A stretch of 30,995 bases of DNA, from the NCBI GenBank assembly GCA_050331735.1, contig JBHJGN010000081.1, positions 1 through 30,995 on the forward strand, written 5' to 3'. This document shows, piece after piece, positions 1-9,350 of this stretch. How positions within the stretch are numbered: position 1 is the first letter of the stretch; each line of letters begins with the position of its first letter. The notes below the pieces were generated by a model. The model saw nothing but the letters and a program-made list of their open reading frames with translations. It did no database searches and was not told where the DNA came from. The stretch is from Cyanophyceae cyanobacterium (GTDB lineage Bacteria > Cyanobacteriota > Cyanobacteriia > Cyanobacteriales > JBHJGN01). The position numbers and the translations under genes were made by a program.

Positions 1-138
1 GAAAGTAGTCAGATAGTTCCTTAAACTAACCAAGCATTGGAGGTTCAAGGGCAAAGAGCTGCTGTGCTTCCCTTTCCCCTTGACCCCTTCCCCTTTCCCC
101 CAACTCATCAAGTCTCCTATTACTTTTTCTAATTGGTA
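1..138 (-). mobile_element. MITE copy (partial, runs off window start), IS630-like ends
   Basis: Reverse complement is nearly identical to 23866-24006; ends AATTGGTA (131-138) followed by TTA; internal purine/pyrimidine heptamer run. Confidence 0.85.
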
Positions 139-194
139 TTACTCATAGAGTAGTTTGTTGATTCGCCAGATTAAGTCGCTTTTACTGCCAAAGT

Positions 195-758
195 TTAAAC
201 CTGTAAGATTTGTTTAACAGTTAGATCTAACTTTGGGAAAGTCGGTGAAGTTATCTTATCATCACCTTGGTATTCTTTTTCCTCATAGAATCCTTCTATT
301 AACTGCAATACAGTCACTTTTGCCTTGGCTGGGTCGATAATCCAATATTCAGGAATCCCCGCTACAGAGTATTCAGAACGCTTATAGCGATAGTCTATGA
401 TTGATGAGCTGTCGCTTACTATTTCTACGGCTAGTAAAGCGGGGAACTCTAAAACAGCCGATACCTCCAAATACTTTTGCATCTGCTCGCGAGCAACGAT
501 GCAGAGGTCAGGAATTCTGGCACGATTAACAGAAGTTCTAATTCCAACGGATTGCAAAACAACCCAAGGAAATTTGAGGCGATTAATTTCAGCTAATAGC
601 GCGTTGTGAAGGGAGAAGATAATCAGCGCATGACGACCTGTTGGTGGATTCATTAAAATTAGTTCTCCATGCACTAACTCATAGCAGTTATCGGTTCCGT
701 CGTCGTAACTGAGGTATTCCGCAAAAGAGAGTTTTTTATGTGTTGGAGTCGCAGGCAT
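195..758 (-). CDS. Uma2 (DUF820) family PD-(D/E)xK endonuclease
   Basis: YELVHGELI..PP, RIPDL, LAVEIVS, K..EY..AGIPEYWIIDP motifs. Confidence 0.9.
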   Translation of the reverse strand: MPATPTHKKLSFAEYLSYDDGTDNCYELVHGELILMNPPTGRHALIIFSLHNALLAEINRLKFPWVVLQSVGIRTSVNRARIPDLCIVAREQMQKYLEVSAVLEFPALLAVEIVSDSSSIIDYRYKRSEYSVAGIPEYWIIDPAKAKVTVLQLIEGFYEEKEYQGDDKITSPTFPKLDLTVKQILQV

Positions 759-979
759 GAATTAGTAAAATTGGTGTTTCAGTAAGCTGAAATACTGTTG
801 AACAGGGTATATGGCAATAAGCCGATGATCTCCTTAGTTGGTTTGGGAGTAAAACAATTTATGAGGCGAGGCGGCTATACTACTGTTTGGTTCCTGAATT
901 GTAGCAAATCAGCTAAGCCATCTTGAATCTATCTGGCTGCTTGTTGTTGCTGTTTTGAGGTGATCGCATAAATCATCGC

Positions 980-1702
980 TTATCTCAACCAATTGGCATA
1001 AGCACTGACATCGATCATAGGCACTGTAGCAAACAACTGAAGCTGTGCAATTAGCTCAAGAAGGAAAGCTGTAGCAGACTTGCCTCCGTCGTCAAGCGTA
1101 TATTTGCCGTCCTCTCGAAGAATAAATGTTCCATGAGTTGCTATGCAGCCCATGTTTAACTTTTTTTGTTTATCATCTGTTTTTAACGAGTTTAGCAGCG
1201 AACTTCCTAATGCAGGCTTCCAATCGCTTTCGAGTGTAAGTATGCCGCCTAAAATTGGAAAAAGTTTTTTCGGTGGGTATTTTCCTCCAGCATGGGGAAT
1301 TGGTAAACTTGTTCGATGTAAAGTACGAACGCTAGCAACTTTAGCTTGTGCGTAACGTACTTCTGATGCATTGATAGATTGTTTTGCCTCGAAGACTGCA
1401 TAGACACTCTCGGCAGGAACAACAGTTTCTCCTTGATAATGAAATATAAAAGGAGAATATTGGCGATCGTGAATAACAATATCTATTTGATCGCTAAACT
1501 TGCCATTACTGTCAACAACATGTGCTTTGGTAGCTTGATATCTACGCGGCAAATAAGTTTTGAGTAACTCAAGCCAAACGTCTTCACTTGCATCGCCCTT
1601 TGTTCCTGGATGAGCAAAGGTTCTGCGTGCTATTTCAAGACGCTGTTGTATGTCATCATGAAGACTCGCAAGTACCTGTGATAATGACCAAGAATTATTC
1701 AT
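980..1702 (-). CDS. nucC: NucC, cA3-activated DNA endonuclease (CBASS/type III effector)
   Basis: 240 aa, colinear with E. coli NucC as recalled: WSLSQ..ASLH, HPG.KGDASE, SDQIDIV..DRQYSP, PAESVYAVFEAKQ, RTSLPIPHAGG, TVPMID..AY..W; catalytic ID..EAK intact. Confidence 0.95.
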   Translation of the reverse strand: MNNSWSLSQVLASLHDDIQQRLEIARRTFAHPGTKGDASEDVWLELLKTYLPRRYQATKAHVVDSNGKFSDQIDIVIHDRQYSPFIFHYQGETVVPAESVYAVFEAKQSINASEVRYAQAKVASVRTLHRTSLPIPHAGGKYPPKKLFPILGGILTLESDWKPALGSSLLNSLKTDDKQKKLNMGCIATHGTFILREDGKYTLDDGGKSATAFLLELIAQLQLFATVPMIDVSAYANWLR

Positions 1703-2465
1703 TTAATTATCTGATTCCAATTATTTGCCGATAATGCCTTTCTCGCTTCTCTCACAATCGTATTTTTTTCTGATATGCTTATATCGTCGGATATTACATT
1801 ATTACTATTAGCAGGGTCAACAAAATAGCTATCAACAAAATAATTTTTTAGATAGGAAAATACTTTCAAAACATTGTCGGCAATATTGCTACAAGATGCA
1901 TGGCTAAGGACTTTGATAGTGACTAGCTCAAGGTAAAACGAAGGGAAGTTAATTCCTTTTTGGTCTCGCCAGAGTTTTATCAGTCGAATTTCATTAGTTC
2001 GGTTTGAGTTTCTAACAAGCGAAATATGAAGAGAAATATTTGTTTTAGTCCAGGTGTTAGCTTTGCGACGATATAAAATATGATCGTTGCCATGTTGAGA
2101 TTGACGTTTAGCAGGAATTATATCAACGTCATAGCTATTTACTTTAATGCCTACTGAAACATTCTGCTTGCGGGGTAAATATCCCGCTGCTTGAAGCTCG
2201 TCAAAAACATTGTTATATAGATCTCTAAGGTTTATCAGCATACTAGATGAGAATGAAAACAAGAGATCGATGTCTGTTCCACTACGGTTAGGTGTCCCTT
2301 TAGCAAAAGAACCACTCTGATTAACACAAATTAAATAATTCCCCGCCCATCGCCTTAGTATTGGCTCAATTACCTTCTGTACTTTAATTATGTTATGGGC
2401 GATGTACTGCTTGTATCAACTTTCTCACGCCGTAAGATGTTTCTGAGGTACTGCTCGGATGTCAT
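1699..2465 (-). pseudogene. CD-NTase (cGAS/DncV-like, OAS/CdnC-like) disrupted by a 5-bp tandem duplication
   Basis: ATG at 2465 (MTSEQYLRNILRRE); TTATG duplicated at 2388-2397 shifts frame into a stop. Removing 5 bp gives a 253-aa ORF with SGSFAKGT..GTDIDL, QNVSV, DVDIIP, SFYLEL, DPANSNN; overlaps nucC start by 4 bp. Confidence 0.88.
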
Positions 2466-2592
2466 TTAATTTCCTTTTGTCTAAAATACTAAGCTTGCTC
2501 GTTCGGCAGAAAAAAGGTTGCAATCTAAGTATCCACATTAAGCTATGGGATAATAATTGCCAAACAACTGATTTATTTCCTCCCCCGAATTA

Positions 2593-3585
2593 TTGGACAT
2601 GTTCGAGCATATTGATTGGCTATCCTACACAAATCTGGTTGAGTTGCAAACCTGTGTCCCAGCTCAAACGCCACCTCCACTTCCAGCCCCAGCGCCCAAT
2701 CCGCCGCCAGCAGAGGATGTTGAGCTGCTCAAGAGCCAATTAGAATTCCTTGAGCAGAGCCACAGACAGATTATGGAGACAATGAAACAATTTCTCGATC
2801 TGATGAGGAACATTTTCATTGTTTTAGGGTTTACTCTAGGGATTGGCGGAAGTTTGGCTGCTTTCTTCATTGGTAAAAGTTTCAAAGATTTTCAGGAGTT
2901 TTCTGCAAAAGAAGTTCAAAACACTACCCAAAGTTTCAAAGATTTTCAGGAGTTTGCAAGAAGAGATATTAACGATTTTCGAGATTTTTATCGAAGAGAG
3001 GTTCAAGAGGCTATTCAGCGAGTTCGTCAGGAAGCTGAGGCGCAAATTCCCAATCTAGTTAAAACTGAAGTGGGCGATCTAATCCGTACCGAAATAAAAA
3101 ATGTAGAGCGGACATTACGAAGAGAGGAAGTAATTGGTTCGACACTAGTTGATTATTATTTACACAATGGGACAAGCGAGCCAACAGAATTTAAACTACT
3201 ACAAACACGCAACTTTAAAAGTATACGTTTTTGCAAAAATATTGATGATTTGAGTACATCTCAGTTATCGAGGCGATCGCCTAGTGATGTCGTTATTCTG
3301 GATTTAATCAATTACACTACTGATTCAGGACAAGCTTTTGCTAGCTTGCAAGATTTGGAGGAGCGCGACACCGCCGCTCGACCGCTTATTGACGAACTCC
3401 TCAGTCGTCTGCCGGAATCAACAGTATTAATCGTATACGTCAATGTTCCACCACCGTTGAGGTACCTCAACTCAATCCCCAAGAATCGTTATGTTGTACC
3501 TGCTAACAGCCCAATTACACTCGTTGGCAATGCAGCAGATGGGGCTTACGTGGCTAGGGGTGATCGCAGATCCAGACGTGCTTGA
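2593..3585 (+). CDS. Membrane protein: Pro-rich N-terminus, one TM helix, coiled coil, C-terminal receiver/Rossmann-like domain; candidate signalling effector
   Basis: TM segment IFIVLGFTLGIGGSLAAFFIG; charged helical region; alpha/beta pattern DVVILDL..TVLIVYV..ANSPITL. Start may be ATG 2599. Function inferred. Confidence 0.6.
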   Translation: MDMFEHIDWLSYTNLVELQTCVPAQTPPPLPAPAPNPPPAEDVELLKSQLEFLEQSHRQIMETMKQFLDLMRNIFIVLGFTLGIGGSLAAFFIGKSFKDFQEFSAKEVQNTTQSFKDFQEFARRDINDFRDFYRREVQEAIQRVRQEAEAQIPNLVKTEVGDLIRTEIKNVERTLRREEVIGSTLVDYYLHNGTSEPTEFKLLQTRNFKSIRFCKNIDDLSTSQLSRRSPSDVVILDLINYTTDSGQAFASLQDLEERDTAARPLIDELLSRLPESTVLIVYVNVPPPLRYLNSIPKNRYVVPANSPITLVGNAADGAYVARGDRRSRRA

Positions 3586-3630
3586 TTTTGTTTAAGGTTT
3601 ACGAGGCGAACGTTCTTGGTAGTGCAGTAA

Positions 3631-4206
3631 TTATGATTCAACAAATTTAATGTGCTTAATACTACCATCCTCTTTTAATGATCTAATTTGTACCTTGACT
3701 GTGCCACTTTCGGGAATCTTGTCGAATTTTTTGGATTCCTTTTCCGTAAATGGAATTCCAGCAACAGAGTATGTTACTCTATGGCCTTTAGAGTGCTTTC
3801 TATATACTTGGGCTTCAATAATCTGCTCTACTTTAAATGTCTGGATACTTTTTGGCGCAACCTTGTAGTAGCGCATTAGGCGGGCAGCCCATCCCAGAAT
3901 TTGCAATACATCGAATACATCAAACTCTTCATTTCTTAAATGAGTCTTACAGGCTTTTTCGATATTGCGATAATATTCGGGAGTTTTATCACTATGCCCA
4001 ATTTGATTCCCATTTTTTACTAAAACGCTGAGAAAGTTGAAAAACTGGGTTTTAGCATTTGATAGATCGCGGTCGATTGCACTGCGAAGATAAGCAATTG
4101 TCTTTCCCAGTTCATTTACGTCTGTCTCTTCTTTGACCAGTTTGAGAGCGATCACATGGGCAATCTGCCACTGAGCACTAGTTAAGTCACTAGTTGCTTG
4201 CATCAT
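3631..4206 (-). CDS. CRISPR-operon-associated hypothetical protein (helical N-domain, possible OB/S1-like C-domain)
   Basis: Start overlaps the stop of the last RAMP gene at 4206; helical LGWAARLMRYY region followed by a basic beta-rich tail. Confidence 0.6.
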   Translation of the reverse strand: MMQATSDLTSAQWQIAHVIALKLVKEETDVNELGKTIAYLRSAIDRDLSNAKTQFFNFLSVLVKNGNQIGHSDKTPEYYRNIEKACKTHLRNEEFDVFDVLQILGWAARLMRYYKVAPKSIQTFKVEQIIEAQVYRKHSKGHRVTYSVAGIPFTEKESKKFDKIPESGTVKVQIRSLKEDGSIKHIKFVES

Positions 4207-5234
4207 TAAATATTCTCCGGTAAGGCTTTGTCAGTCGGCCACTTGAGGATTTCAGCTAATTTTTCGAGCTGCTGCTTTTCTACCAAGCTTTTATGGGCAG
4301 AGGCAATAACTCTATCTACGAACGATTTCAGCTCTTCGTCAGTCAAGCGATCGCATTCTTGAGAAAAATAGCTGCTATAGCGTTCTTTTAAATTCTGATG
4401 TTTCTCTAGAGATTTTACGCTAACCGTCATCGTGCCCATGCCGATTGGTTTGCCCCCACCAACTTTGAGCGCCATAGGATAACGAGCATCTTGACCAAGA
4501 ACAATGAGGAGTGTTCCTAGTTGTGTCTGAGATATGTTTTTAAGATGCAAAGTGGTTTTGAAAACATAATTTCTTGTTGCTATTTGAGCGTCGAGACCCT
4601 TTTCAGCTTTATTATCTACTTCAATATAATGGTGGTAAAACTTGCGACCTTTGATAGTACCTCTGTCAGGTTGAGGCTTATACAGCGAAGGGACAAAACC
4701 GATATTATCAGATGCTTGCTCTCCAACTACATCAGGAAAGGAAACGATTCCTTGCCATCCCATAGCACCAAAAACCTGGCAAGCAGGGCATACTAGCTCT
4801 TCGCTTTCTCTGTTTTTCCTTGTGACTCTACATTCTGAATATTCATCAGGAACTGTAGCCTTGGTTTTACATAAGCAACTTTTGGTGATTGCTTCGTAAG
4901 CTGAGCGAACAGCGCCTTTTAGAGAACTTCCTGGTATAAGTAGCTTCTGATTTCGATGATAAGCAGTTTTGATAAGCGGAACGTTGGCAGAAACATCGCT
5001 ACCTAGAACAATATGACCAGTTGCGACAAAAGAAGAGGTTTGAACAGTTAGATCTAAAGAGAGCTTGCCATTAATCAACTCTTCCTTGTAAGCTTCATGT
5101 CCGACGACTTTCCCTCTGTTTGTACCACTGTTAGACAAAGGGACGAAATCATAGCGCTTAGGCTCTTTATTCGTAGAATCTGTTGTGCTTGAAATCTTCT
5201 TTTTGAGCGAAGGTTTTGGCTTTTGTGGTGTCAT
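4206..5234 (-). CDS. cas7: Type III-D Cas7-group RAMP (terminal, Csm5-like position)
   Basis: IPGSSLKGAVRS, Cys cluster (CLC..C..CPAC..FG), GRKFY, G-rich loop VGGGKPIGMG. Confidence 0.85.
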   Translation of the reverse strand: MTPQKPKPSLKKKISSTTDSTNKEPKRYDFVPLSNSGTNRGKVVGHEAYKEELINGKLSLDLTVQTSSFVATGHIVLGSDVSANVPLIKTAYHRNQKLLIPGSSLKGAVRSAYEAITKSCLCKTKATVPDEYSECRVTRKNRESEELVCPACQVFGAMGWQGIVSFPDVVGEQASDNIGFVPSLYKPQPDRGTIKGRKFYHHYIEVDNKAEKGLDAQIATRNYVFKTTLHLKNISQTQLGTLLIVLGQDARYPMALKVGGGKPIGMGTMTVSVKSLEKHQNLKERYSSYFSQECDRLTDEELKSFVDRVIASAHKSLVEKQQLEKLAEILKWPTDKALPENI

Positions 5235-5239
5235 AAAAA

Positions 5240-5665
5240 TTATCGAGCAACTAAAGCAACGAAATAGACTGTGGCAGTCTGTTGATCAAAAAAGTAACGT
5301 TGACGAATATTAATGTTCTGGTATTCAAGCCTCTTCGGAAATCGAGTTTCCGTTTTAGGATAAACGCATGCTCCTTGCTCTCGAACATTCCAAGATTGCC
5401 CTACTAGCTTGAAATCAGGGAATTCTTCGCTTGCGCTGAGTAGCAAAACGCTATAGCCTTTCCCATGCTGTTTCCAGCGTAGTTCTTGTTGACTGTTAAA
5501 AACTTGACCTTCAGGACTGGGAAAATCTGTAGGCAACTCCGTGCAAAAACCACTAACTTTATGGGGCCATCTAAGAAAGAAATAGCAATTTGTGCTTTGA
5601 AGTTGATTGATTAGCGATCGCAATTCTGCGGAATCTATCACTATTTTTGTACCGACAAATGCCAT
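5240..5665 (-). CDS. csx19: Csx19-like type III-D subunit
   Basis: ~141 aa between two Cas7 genes; EGQVFN..ELRW and RQRYF motifs; ATG at 5665 couples to the upstream TAA. Confidence 0.7.
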   Translation of the reverse strand: MAFVGTKIVIDSAELRSLINQLQSTNCYFFLRWPHKVSGFCTELPTDFPSPEGQVFNSQQELRWKQHGKGYSVLLLSASEEFPDFKLVGQSWNVREQGACVYPKTETRFPKRLEYQNINIRQRYFFDQQTATVYFVALVAR

Positions 5666-6666
5666 TATGCAGCTACTCCCAACAATGCACTCCAAGATTT
5701 TACTGCTTTAATAAACAAATCCTTGACCTGTTCGTCACCCGTCCAAGTAAGCTGTACCCCAAATCCTAATTTCGTCCCCTTGGCAGCAACAGGTAAGTCA
5801 GCTTGGATATCTTTTTTTACCTTGTCATAACCATATTTTTTCTGCTCTTCTTTCTGTTGCTTATCATCTGGATTGAAGAACTGGCTAACTCCTAGCAATG
5901 TTCTTTTATCCCAAGTACGGAGACTACCTAGATGACAAATCTTATCCGTGGCTTTGTCAATGATACAGCCAGGATATTGCACTACTGCGGAGTCTAGCCT
6001 AACTTTTACTAGCCCCATGCCGCGAGATTTCGCAAATCCAATACCAAACCAACCCTCATGCAGGTCGCGCAAGACAAGTCCAATTAGCCCCAACTGCGCC
6101 AAGGTAAAATTTTTAAGGTGAATCTTGGTACGAAAGTCCCCAGACGTACAAACCTGATAGTTGAATAGAGCACCGGAAACGGCAGAGCCAAATACCCGAT
6201 CGATAGCAACTCCATTTCTTTCTTCGATTTTAAGTTTTTTAGGATCTACCGGGTAGGCATCTTCAATGCGGAAACGACTGGCGATTGCAGTGTTACCAAA
6301 TATCTGATCTGTAAAGGAAGACTCCTTGTAAAGCTCATAGGAGGGCAACTTCTTCTGCTTGTCCTTTTTATCCTTTAAATAGTTATAATCATCGTTGAGT
6401 GGATCGTTTGCCCAAATGCCTTGGTTATTCTCAGGCTTGTGATCGCTGCCTACCGTCCTAACAATACGCTCGGCATGGGCGCGTATTGCTCCTTTTAGGG
6501 AACTTCCAGGCAGGTAGATCGAACGACCATCTGCATAATACGTTTCTACAAACTCCATATCTGGCTTTGTTGGATTGGCTCCCTCTTTACCCGATTTGAT
6601 CAGAATTGGTCCATCGGGAATTAAGGTTAGCTCAATTGTGCAGTGATTAACTAAGCGTTTATGCAT
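5665..6666 (-). CDS. cas7: Type III-D Cas7-group RAMP
   Basis: YLPGSSLKGAIRAHAE, RNGVAIDR..G, IGFAKSRGMG. Confidence 0.88.
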   Translation of the reverse strand: MHKRLVNHCTIELTLIPDGPILIKSGKEGANPTKPDMEFVETYYADGRSIYLPGSSLKGAIRAHAERIVRTVGSDHKPENNQGIWANDPLNDDYNYLKDKKDKQKKLPSYELYKESSFTDQIFGNTAIASRFRIEDAYPVDPKKLKIEERNGVAIDRVFGSAVSGALFNYQVCTSGDFRTKIHLKNFTLAQLGLIGLVLRDLHEGWFGIGFAKSRGMGLVKVRLDSAVVQYPGCIIDKATDKICHLGSLRTWDKRTLLGVSQFFNPDDKQQKEEQKKYGYDKVKKDIQADLPVAAKGTKLGFGVQLTWTGDEQVKDLFIKAVKSWSALLGVAA

Positions 6667-6751
6667 AGCAGATTTAAGTTTTAAGGGACATTGCCTGCAA
6701 TTAGCTTGACAATTAGTTTGCAGTATTAGCAGTCGTTACTCTGAACCTTTC

Positions 6752-7594
6752 TTATTTTGGTTTTCTGAGTTCTTCAATGAGAGTCTCTGACCAGTCAGTC
6801 TTGTAAGTTTCATATTCTTCACTCGTTAGTAAGTAGTAATCTTTTTTGTTATTCAGCAAACGCTGAAGATACTGAATTAGCTGTTCAGGATCGCTTGCTG
6901 GATAGTCAAACCACCAGCGTTTTTCTAGCCTTAGTTTCACTACTCCTAATCCCCGCGATCGCCCGCCCCCCAAAGGAATCTGCTGAGTCTCAAACTGATG
7001 TAGTCCAATCATTAGTAAACCTAGTTCCCACTTTTCGGCATTCTCGACAATTGCATGAAAGCGAAAGGGAGTCCCAGCAGGCACTACCTGGAAATCGTAG
7101 AGTTTGCCATTTGCAGCAATTTCTGTATCCCGGTCAATGGCAACACCATCTCGCTCTTGGTATTGATTGAACCAATCATTTGAGGAAACGTTGAGGTCTT
7201 TTATTTGAAGTTTGCTTGATAGCCAAGGAGAACCAAATAATCGCGATGCCAAATCGGTTTCTGCAACAATTGCTGTAGTCAGCCGTGCGTCATCTGAATA
7301 TTCTTCCTTGAGTTCTTTCATTCTGTCCGAGGTAATCGACCACTCTTCTTCAATTGCAGGGTTAGCAACCAACTTGCGATCGCTCCCCAAAATTCCTCTT
7401 AGAAAGCTCTCTAGTCGCGCTCTCATAGCTCCCTTAAAGCTTGACCCTGGAATCAATGGTCTGCCAAAAGCATCCTTAACGACTGGCAAGTCAGAGCCAA
7501 TTGGCTCCAGCGATCGCCCTTGGCTAATCCGCAAAGCTGTCACAGTTGTCAATTTACCTACTAATTCCAGTCGATTTCTAAAAACATCAAACAT
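6752..7594 (-). CDS. csx7: Csx7/Csm3-like Cas7 RAMP
   Basis: SDLPVVKD..IPGSSFKG, RDGVAIDRDT, LGGGRSRGLG. Confidence 0.85.
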   Translation of the reverse strand: MFDVFRNRLELVGKLTTVTALRISQGRSLEPIGSDLPVVKDAFGRPLIPGSSFKGAMRARLESFLRGILGSDRKLVANPAIEEEWSITSDRMKELKEEYSDDARLTTAIVAETDLASRLFGSPWLSSKLQIKDLNVSSNDWFNQYQERDGVAIDRDTEIAANGKLYDFQVVPAGTPFRFHAIVENAEKWELGLLMIGLHQFETQQIPLGGGRSRGLGVVKLRLEKRWWFDYPASDPEQLIQYLQRLLNNKKDYYLLTSEEYETYKTDWSETLIEELRKPK

Positions 7595-7650
7595 TGTCAG
7601 TTCAGGCTCGATAATTACTGAGATTAATTTTTTTGGATTCAGAATCTTGG

Positions 7651-8100
7651 TTACTTTGCCAGGGAATTCAGGTACACAAGGCGACGTTGGCCGTATCCTA
7701 AATAAAGGCGAATAAGCCTAATCCAAATCTCATTTAAACTTTTGTGGCTTGTTTGCGTCTGGATACTTGCAGCTTGTTCCTGAATTGAACAGTCAATGTC
7801 ATCAATAATTTTTTCTGCCAGCGAACCTTCTCCTCTTCCCCATTTTTCATCACGACCAACCTGATAGCGGAGAAAGTTTTTTATCACCTCTGGACTCTCG
7901 GTTGTTTGTGCAACTCGCAGTAAGTTACGAAACTGAGACTCCTCCAGCTTTTTCTCTCCTTTATTGTAATATTTCCCCTCTTTTAGGGCTTTTTCAACCC
8001 ACTGCACCAACTTTTCCTCGACTTGAAGAATTTTCTTTTGCACAGCAAGCTCTTGCTTTTGCATTGAGTGTTCTGATTGCTGCTCCACTGTCTGACTCAT
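7651..8100 (-). CDS. csm2: Type III small subunit (Csm2/Cas11-like)
   Basis: All-helical 149 aa, SQFRNLL..NFLRYQVGR..RLYLGY, in the expected operon position. Confidence 0.75.
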   Translation of the reverse strand: MSQTVEQQSEHSMQKQELAVQKKILQVEEKLVQWVEKALKEGKYYNKGEKKLEESQFRNLLRVAQTTESPEVIKNFLRYQVGRDEKWGRGEGSLAEKIIDDIDCSIQEQAASIQTQTSHKSLNEIWIRLIRLYLGYGQRRLVYLNSLAK

Positions 8101-9350
8101 ACCGCATCCTCCCGAAAAATGAGATGAAAATCGTCACAAACTTTTATTTGACCCAACCCTTCGCTAGTGCGATCGCCCACTCCCCGCAGCTCTAGCTCAG
8201 CTAGTTTCTCATACCACCGTTCTTGCTGAGTTTCTGAAATACTAAACAGAAAGACTCCTCCCATCTTGGCGATTAGCTCAACATCTTTAGGTAGTCCCCA
8301 AGCGGTATTCCAACCAGAGCGATAATCATAGCTGCTGTAAGTCATGTGGAGTGTTACATCAGCATTGTGCAAGCCGACGAACTGACGCAGCATGTCTTCG
8401 GAAATGACCATCGTGCGCTGCCACTGCTCAGTCAAAATTGCATCAGACTGAAGATTGACTGTGAAGAAGGTTCTTCCTTCAAGAGGATTTGGGTCAGGAA
8501 CGCCAAATGCATTCCAAAAGCCCCAGCGTTCTTTTAGCTTTTCGTTAAAGCTGCCGATGCGCTGCTTTAACGAACTTTCTTGAATATTTGCACTCTCAGA
8601 GATTTTAGCTTTTATCGTAACGTTGCCAAGTCCCCGTGACCCAGACCCTCCAAGACGAAAGCGATCGCAGTTGCTACGAATAAACTCCGAAAGTTGTTCT
8701 GCTAAATCGCCGTCATCTTGAACCAAGATCGAACTTCTGTAGGTAGTAGGAACTTTCTCTTTCTTCCCCTGAACCTCGTTAAGGACTTCGATACTGTAGA
8801 GGATTTCTTCTTGAGCAGTAGCAAGCCTGCGATTGATTCCAACTCTCGTCAGCAGGCGCTTACTCACAGAATGAGAAGAGTAACAGTTTCCGGCTTTGCT
8901 GTAGAATCCACTGAAAGATTCAACCCGATCACCTTTAATATTGTTCGGCTCATAGAAAAGACCGTGCTCTCTCGCACAAAAGCTATCAATCAAAGAATCA
9001 AAGACGCCTGCCTTGTTGGGTTTAAAGCCGCTGTCAGTTTTAGAACTCAGTGCCGTTGCTGGCAAGAAAGCGATTTCGCCGTCCCTAATTTCGTACTCAT
9101 CCTCTCCAACTTTCGCGATCGCTGGATAAGCATTTTGAAAGACTGCTGCCTGTTCGTCTAAGAATAGAGCGTGAAAGTCATCTCCAGCTTTAGGTATCTG
9201 AGTAGAGGATTTTAAGATTCTGCTAGCGATCGCCCCGCGAATAACGCTTCCGGGAATGTAGTCCATTGCTTCGCTAACAGAGCCGCCTGGCTTCCGCTGT
9301 CCAATAGCCAAAGGAGCCTGAGCCGTAATTGTCAAATCAATGCGTTTCAT
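8097..9350 (-). CDS. csx10: Csx10 (Cas5-group RAMP), type III-D signature
   Basis: YIPGSVIRGA, TRVGINR, two G-rich loops (LGGSGSRGLG; GVGDRTSEGLG). Confidence 0.88.
   Translation of the reverse strand: MKRIDLTITAQAPLAIGQRKPGGSVSEAMDYIPGSVIRGAIASRILKSSTQIPKAGDDFHALFLDEQAAVFQNAYPAIAKVGEDEYEIRDGEIAFLPATALSSKTDSGFKPNKAGVFDSLIDSFCAREHGLFYEPNNIKGDRVESFSGFYSKAGNCYSSHSVSKRLLTRVGINRRLATAQEEILYSIEVLNEVQGKKEKVPTTYRSSILVQDDGDLAEQLSEFIRSNCDRFRLGGSGSRGLGNVTIKAKISESANIQESSLKQRIGSFNEKLKERWGFWNAFGVPDPNPLEGRTFFTVNLQSDAILTEQWQRTMVISEDMLRQFVGLHNADVTLHMTYSSYDYRSGWNTAWGLPKDVELIAKMGGVFLFSISETQQERWYEKLAELELRGVGDRTSEGLGQIKVCDDFHLIFREDAV

Noticed and set aside
1699..2262. 187-aa ORF as a complete gene
   Set aside because: The GS..DID catalytic motif lies upstream in the same frame; it is the 3' part of a frameshifted CD-NTase.
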